Positions 39,071 through 42,996 of a stretch of 42,996 nucleotides of DNA are shown here, one piece after another. The number at the start of each line of letters is the position of its first letter. Within the stretch, counting starts at the first letter, position 1. The notes beneath the pieces were generated by a model, which had not been told where the DNA came from, searched no databases, and was given only the letters and a program-made list of their open reading frames with translations. Origin of the DNA: a virus; IMG/VR virus record IMGVR_UViG_3300029131_000011, positions 1 to 42,996 of that record, one strand, 5' to 3'. The position numbers and the translations under genes are program-made.

Positions 39071-40305
39071 GCGATAACTCCCATCCGGCGAGAAATCCGC
39101 TCTAAAGCGTATCTTGTGGCATCAATCAAATGGTTATTTGCATCAGGATACCCGCTGATGATGTCGCCGTCTTTATTCCGTTCGTATTCGTAATTTACAA
39201 ACTCTTTATACGCGTTTGGTGTCCGGCGGCGGTCAATGACGATCTTGCGCCTCTGTAGCCACTTCATGCCGTAGTCCACGGAGCCGGGGCCTTTGATAGC
39301 CTCCTTTGCCGGAAGGCCAAGCGCCCGATAATCCGCAGTGCTCTTCGGCTCTGCGCTGTCACACGTGATGTACGCGTCGCCATATCCGCACCCTTTGATA
39401 ATTCCGCCGCTCTCCTCGTTTGTCAGCTTATTTTTATAAATCTCGTCAATAAAGTAGATTGTCTCCCGCGCCCGGTCGTAGTGTAGCCGGATAAACGCAA
39501 ATGGATCTGGATACCATCCCCAGTCAACACCTTGGTATATCTGGTCGAAGCTCCCGATCTCCTTGTCCGTAATCTCTCGCAGCTCCAAATTTTCAAACAC
39601 ATTTCCACCCGTGCCGACCGGAATGCCAAGATACTCGTGCTGATATGCACGCTCGTCTGTCTCTTTGAGGTGTTCCGCTTCTGCAAGAAACTGTTCTCCC
39701 AGCCATTCAGGCGGTGCTTGCAGATATGTTGACTTGTGGCACAAGCGGTCATCCCGTTCTTCCAAGCTATCCTTGTTTGCCCAGTTGTCGCGCGAAATTG
39801 GTGGGTTATAGCTTTCAAAATTCCAAAACACCGAGCCGCCGCGCATGGTCGACTGCAAAATGTTTCGGATTTCTGCGCGTCCGGCAAACTGGTCTTTTTC
39901 TTCAAAGTGCGTTACGGCAATGTAGCCAAACGGCACCTTGATAGACTTGATCTTCATGGGATCGTCAGCACCCCGAAACATGATCTTCTGCCCGGTAGGC
40001 TTATAAATCAGCTCCATCGGGGATACCTTTGCTTCCCAATACGCCGCCATGCCCAGTTCACCGATTGCCCAGATATACTGCGCGTATACGCTGTCACGAA
40101 TGGTATTTGCCACCTTACGCAGCACCAGCGCGTGTGTACCCGGATTGTTTATCAGCAGCAGGGGGACGAGTACAGACACCGTGGAGGATTTTAGTGAGCC
40201 GCGCCCACCGCTGAAATCGTAGTGCGTGTGACCGTGGTGGAACACGTCATGCGCCACGGCGTAGAACGCAGAGCCGATTTTTTCAGACAGGCGAATGTCA
40301 GACAT
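39067..40305 (-). CDS. terL: Terminase large subunit
   Basis: ATG 40305 (the ORF-track start is a TTG one codon upstream). Walker A-like FSGGRGSLKSS. C-terminal nuclease region with D residues. Confidence 0.9.
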   Translation of the reverse strand: MSDIRLSEKIGSAFYAVAHDVFHHGHTHYDFSGGRGSLKSSTVSVLVPLLLINNPGTHALVLRKVANTIRDSVYAQYIWAIGELGMAAYWEAKVSPMELIYKPTGQKIMFRGADDPMKIKSIKVPFGYIAVTHFEEKDQFAGRAEIRNILQSTMRGGSVFWNFESYNPPISRDNWANKDSLEERDDRLCHKSTYLQAPPEWLGEQFLAEAEHLKETDERAYQHEYLGIPVGTGGNVFENLELREITDKEIGSFDQIYQGVDWGWYPDPFAFIRLHYDRARETIYFIDEIYKNKLTNEESGGIIKGCGYGDAYITCDSAEPKSTADYRALGLPAKEAIKGPGSVDYGMKWLQRRKIVIDRRRTPNAYKEFVNYEYERNKDGDIISGYPDANNHLIDATRYALERISRRMGVIA

Positions 40306-40624
40306 CAATTATCACCTTGACACCCTCTGTGTTGATGTTCTGCTCCACAATATCCTTCTGGTCGAGGTACTGTTTCCCCAGCCAAATGGCCATATTCGCG
40401 TTCTTTTCAGCCAATCGCCACTGACTTCTCCGCAGCGAAATTTTCCCAGCTCCGCGCTTTTGCTTAAATACTTCGGAAAAACTGGCATGATAGGTGCGTT
40501 TACACCAACTATCCAGTGTTTTATCGGTCACACCAAACCAGCCACAGATTTCCTCAAGCGTGCATTGCAGGCCGCAGAGGTTCTCGAACTGCTTCTGGTC
40601 TATTTCCTTTCTTGGCCTTGCCAT
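40298..40624 (-). CDS. terS: Terminase small subunit (HTH type)
   Basis: MARPRKEIDQKQFENLCGLQCTLEEICGWFGVTDKTLDSWCK. SD AAGGAGG. Overlaps the terL start. Confidence 0.8.
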   Translation of the reverse strand: MARPRKEIDQKQFENLCGLQCTLEEICGWFGVTDKTLDSWCKRTYHASFSEVFKQKRGAGKISLRRSQWRLAEKNANMAIWLGKQYLDQKDIVEQNINTEGVKVIIDV

Positions 40625-40730
40625 ACGCGCCCTCCTTTCTCTGCTGGCGTTTGATAAACTTCTCCATATCCCGCTTTAGGTGCGGGCTGCTTGTTTTGGC
40701 GATGATCGCCCGCGCTTCTTCAATCGTCAT
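40554..40730 (-). CDS. Possible small ORF (58 aa) overlapping the terS start
   Basis: MTIEEARAIIAKTSSPHLKRDMEKFIKRQQRKEG... The 3' third overlaps terS in another frame, so it is doubtful. Confidence 0.25.
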   Translation of the reverse strand: MTIEEARAIIAKTSSPHLKRDMEKFIKRQQRKEGAYGKAKKGNRPEAVREPLRPAMHA

Positions 40731-41913
40731 TCAGCAGCACCGCTTTCTTCCCCGTAAACTTCTCCCAACGGTCAACAATGACATCGGCATACTTTTGGTC
40801 AAACTCCATGCAGTACGCGTGTCTTCCGTTCTGCTCCGCTGCCATGATCGTTGTGCCGGAGCCAGCGAACAGGTCAAGTACATTCTCACCCGGCTTACTG
40901 GAGCACTGCATCTGGTAATCAAACAACTTAATCGGCTTCATGGTCGGATGCTCCGCAGATTTGACAGGCTTATCGAAATTCAACACCGTTGTCTGTCTGC
41001 GATTCTTGAAGAAGTAGTGCTTCTTACCCTCCGTCCACCCGTACAGGCAAGGCTCGTGATCGTCCTCTTCAATCTCACTTTCACCGTACAGGCAAGGTTC
41101 ATGTTTCCACTGGAAATCCTGTCTCCCCATTACGAGGGAATTCTTTACCCAAATCAGGCACTGCCGGACACGCAGCATTGCGTCTTTACACGCACCGCGA
41201 AAGTTATACCCTTCACTGTCTGCGTGCCAGATGTAGAACGGAGCACCGGGCTTCATGACCAGCGCCGCATTGGAGAATGCATCCGTCAGGAAACGCCTGA
41301 AGGCCGTATCCTCCATATTGTCGTTCTTAATCTTCCCGGCGGTGCCCTGATAGTCCACATTGTACGGGGGGTCTGTGAGCAGCAAATCCATTTGTGCCCC
41401 CCCCACGAGCTTCTGTACATCTGTCAAAGACGTGCTGTCTCCGCACATAAGGCGATGGTCTCCAAGCTGGTACACATCGCCAAGTTTGCTCTTTGGCTCT
41501 GCCGGTAAAACGGGATCGTAATTGTCCTCTACCACTGACGTGTCGAGTTCATCACGCAGACCCCAATCAAAGTCAAAAGCAGACAAGTCAAGCCCCGGCA
41601 GCTCATCAGCCAGCAGGTCAAAGTCCCAATCGCTCTCGTTGCTCTTGTTATCTACCAGCCGCAGGGCGTTCACCTGCTCCGGTGTCAGATCGTCCACGCA
41701 GACGCAAGGCACTTCTTCCATGCCCAGTTTCTTCGCCGCCAGAGCGCGGCAATGCCCGATTACGATCACGCCGTCACGATCAATCACAATCGGCTGTACA
41801 AATCCGTACTGCTTGATGCTCTCCGCAACGTTGTTGATTTGCCGCTTATCATGCTTTTTTGCGTTTGCGGAATACGGCACAATATCCGCAAGCCGCCGCT
41901 TTGTGATTTCCAT
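40720..41913 (-). CDS. ParB-like nuclease domain fused to an N6-adenine/N4-cytosine DNA methyltransferase
   Basis: The N-terminus IVPYSANAKKHDKRQINNVAESIKQYGFVQPIVI..DGVIVIGHCR is ParB-like. LLLTDPPYNVDYQG (DPPY motif). Motif I-like VLDLFAGSGTT near the C-terminus. Confidence 0.85.
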   Translation of the reverse strand: MEITKRRLADIVPYSANAKKHDKRQINNVAESIKQYGFVQPIVIDRDGVIVIGHCRALAAKKLGMEEVPCVCVDDLTPEQVNALRLVDNKSNESDWDFDLLADELPGLDLSAFDFDWGLRDELDTSVVEDNYDPVLPAEPKSKLGDVYQLGDHRLMCGDSTSLTDVQKLVGGAQMDLLLTDPPYNVDYQGTAGKIKNDNMEDTAFRRFLTDAFSNAALVMKPGAPFYIWHADSEGYNFRGACKDAMLRVRQCLIWVKNSLVMGRQDFQWKHEPCLYGESEIEEDDHEPCLYGWTEGKKHYFFKNRRQTTVLNFDKPVKSAEHPTMKPIKLFDYQMQCSSKPGENVLDLFAGSGTTIMAAEQNGRHAYCMEFDQKYADVIVDRWEKFTGKKAVLLNDD

Positions 41914-41939
41914 GCCATCCTCCTGTTTTGCTACTAGCC

Positions 41940-42581
41940 CCCACCCCTTGGCCTTACATAGCAGACTTTACCCGCCCCGAAGGGCTTCAACGCCGCCCAC
42001 ATTGGGCGTTATCCTTTTCACAGGTCCCGGCATTGCAATCTGTTTGAATTGCTTACACAGCGGCCTAATCATACGATTGCCGCCACCACGCCGCATCCAT
42101 TAAACGCCTCGGCACTCGCGCAGATTGTAGCAATGCCGGTATCCCACGGAACTTTTCAGCCCTGCGCCGGTATGTCGGTCGCATCCGTTTCTTCATCCAT
42201 AGGCCGGAGCCAGCAAAATAATGATTATTCGGCCTGCCGCTTTCATACAGCGCACAGGCAAGCCCCTTGTAGCGGTCTTACCCTTCCACGGTGCCGCAAT
42301 GCGGTAGCATACATCTGGTACGGCATTGCAGTCCTGCCCTGCTTTAGCGCTTCAGGGAAAGCCCCCGTCACTCGCTGTGGCCTCCCCTTACGGGGCACCT
42401 ATGCCGCATATCCCGCGTTTACGGATCTGGCACTGAAGCCCCCGCATTCTATGTAACGCTCGATTCAACGCGGGCAAATCGAACGGCCCTTCGCGGAGCC
42501 ACGCCCTGCTGACGGGACGCTGCGCTTGCCAAGTTCGGGCTTGCCGCAATGTCGCCCTTGTACGCTGTCAGCTTTGGGATT
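41940..42581 (-). ncRNA. Candidate large structured ncRNA (ROOL/GOLLD-class-like context); boundaries approximate
   Basis: 668-nt gap (41914..42581) with no minus-strand ORF of 60 aa or more. Many stable hairpins, with minus-strand-specific tetraloops (cUUCGg 41974..41985, GUAA 42384..42395). Long-range helix 42027..42042 / 42121..42139. Directly downstream of a tRNA. Confidence 0.55.
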
Positions 42582-42658
42582 TGGTGCAGATGGCTGGACT
42601 TGAACCAGCGACCTTTTCATTATTTTCGAAATGCTCTTGCCTACTGAGCTACATCTGC
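42582..42658 (-). tRNA. tRNA-like gene with encoded CCA and a non-canonical anticodon loop (AAAAUAA); identity undetermined
   Basis: The minus strand reads gcagatg-ta-gctc-agtaggcaa-gagc-a-tttcg-aaaataa-tgaaa-aggtc-gctgg-ttcaagt-ccagc-catctgc-a-cca. Acceptor, D and T arms are canonical. There is no U at position 33. Confidence 0.7.
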
Positions 42659-42806
42659 ATGGTGCGGGGGCGGCGTGAAAAAGATGAAAAGCACCGCCCC
42701 CCGCTATGGCGCAGGAGGTAAACGCCATAAATGAGAGAACCGCAAAGGCTTTTACACCTCTGCGATTCTATTATCTCATAAGCAAATGGCTTTTTAAGGC
42801 CAACTT

Positions 42807-42996
42807 TTAGTCATCGAGCAGCCCGTAGTTCCGTGCGACGCACTTGATAAAATCCGTATGCCAGCGTCTCGCCGTCCGGTCGGAACAGTTGACTGCCATC
42901 GCCGCCCCTTCGAGCGTGTGGGTCTTGTCCCAGAACACAAGGCGGATAAATTTTAAGCGCTCTTCTCCGTCTTGCATTAACTTTGTTTCGCTCACC
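42807..42996 (-). CDS. C-terminal part of the junction-spanning late transcriptional activator (sigma-70 region-4-like HTH; RinA/ArpU-like position)
   Basis: ...GEERLKFIRLVFWDKTHTLEGAAMAVNCSDRTARRWHTDFIKCVARNYGLLDD. HTH-like C-terminus. Located immediately upstream of the tRNA, ncRNA and packaging genes. Confidence 0.6.
   Translation of the reverse strand, partial: VSETKLMQDGEERLKFIRLVFWDKTHTLEGAAMAVNCSDRTARRWHTDFIKCVARNYGLLDD
42898..42996. repeat. Terminal overlap copy 2 (identical to 1..99)
   Basis: Same 99-mer as 1..99. Consistent with circular assembly overlap. Confidence 0.95.

Larger units (their letters stand above)
1..42996. mobile_element. Complete temperate siphovirus-like phage genome (circular contig, unique length 42,897 bp)
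   Basis: Full set of lysogeny, replication/recombination, packaging, head, tail and lysis modules. Integrase plus attP. 99-bp identical ends. One CDS reads across the junction. Confidence 0.9.

Noticed and set aside
40516-41508. 330-aa plus-strand ORF opposite the ParB-methyltransferase gene
   Set aside because: It is the antisense shadow of a gene with clear ParB and DPPY/FAGSGTT motifs. It has no SD.
42049-42728. ORFs 42049..42456 (+, 135 aa) and 42465..42728 (-, 87 aa) in the tRNA/ncRNA region
   Set aside because: The minus ORF runs straight through the tRNA gene. The plus ORF is antisense to the direction of all neighbouring transcription, lacks an SD and translates to a low-complexity S/A/P/C-rich sequence. 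The region is better explained as structured RNA.
1-42996. Search for reverse transcriptase (retron/DGR), cas genes, or recognisable CBASS/Gabija/Abi-type defence enzymes
   Set aside because: No ORF shows RT (YxDD), nucleotidyltransferase, helicase-nuclease or Cas signatures that I can recognise by eye. The candidate accessory functions are therefore reported only as unknown cassettes.

Overview
The window is a complete, circularly closed genome of a temperate siphovirus-like phage of a Gram-positive (Clostridia-type) host. Bases 1..99 are identical to 42898..42996, so the unique length is 42,897 bp. This looks like an assembler k-mer overlap; one CDS reads across the junction. Nearly all genes lie on the minus strand in tightly coupled operons with ATGA, TAATG and GTGA overlaps and AGGAGG-type Shine-Dalgarno (SD) sites.

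Gene order on the minus strand:
- Cro-like switch at about 11.7 kb.
- Early operon 11.5 kb -> 0.2 kb: unknown proteins, a 3D-domain protein, YqaJ exonuclease, RecT, SSB, DUF4373 replisome organizer, G39P-like loader, RusA, HTH proteins, two methyltransferases, a Lar-like protein and a DUF2829/Tad2-like protein.
- Late regulator spanning the junction.
- A tRNA, then a roughly 670-nt ORF-free structured region.
- ParB-methyltransferase, TerS, TerL, portal, minor capsid, scaffold, major capsid, connectors, major tail, chaperones, tape measure, tail tip and fibres.
- XhlA, holins and a CHAP endolysin.
- Two cargo cassettes (19.6 -> 18.4 kb and 17.4 -> 15.1 kb) ending at attP.

The plus strand carries the visibly AT-richer lysogeny module (11.8-14.9 kb: HTH regulators, small membrane proteins, tyrosine integrase). 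It also carries two self-contained inserts, each with its own promoter and terminator: an HNH/AP2-like gene at 17.6-18.4 kb and a membrane-protein moron inside the tail module at 30.5-31.1 kb. The attP core (15045..15072) is the 3' end of a tmRNA/tRNA-like gene, flanked by repeated arm-type motifs.

Most interesting observations:
1. A large, hairpin-dense noncoding region next to a tRNA, which fits the known context of ROOL/GOLLD-class ornate RNAs.
2. That tRNA has a non-canonical anticodon loop.
3. An uncharacterised five-gene Gly/Cys-rich cargo cassette next to attP.
4. An early protein with a RAMP-like glycine-rich C-terminal loop, preceded by a 23-bp long-range RNA duplex.
5. A concentration of anti-defence candidates: a Tad2-like protein, a Lar-like protein and three methyltransferases.

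All functional calls come from motif recognition by eye. No database search was run.
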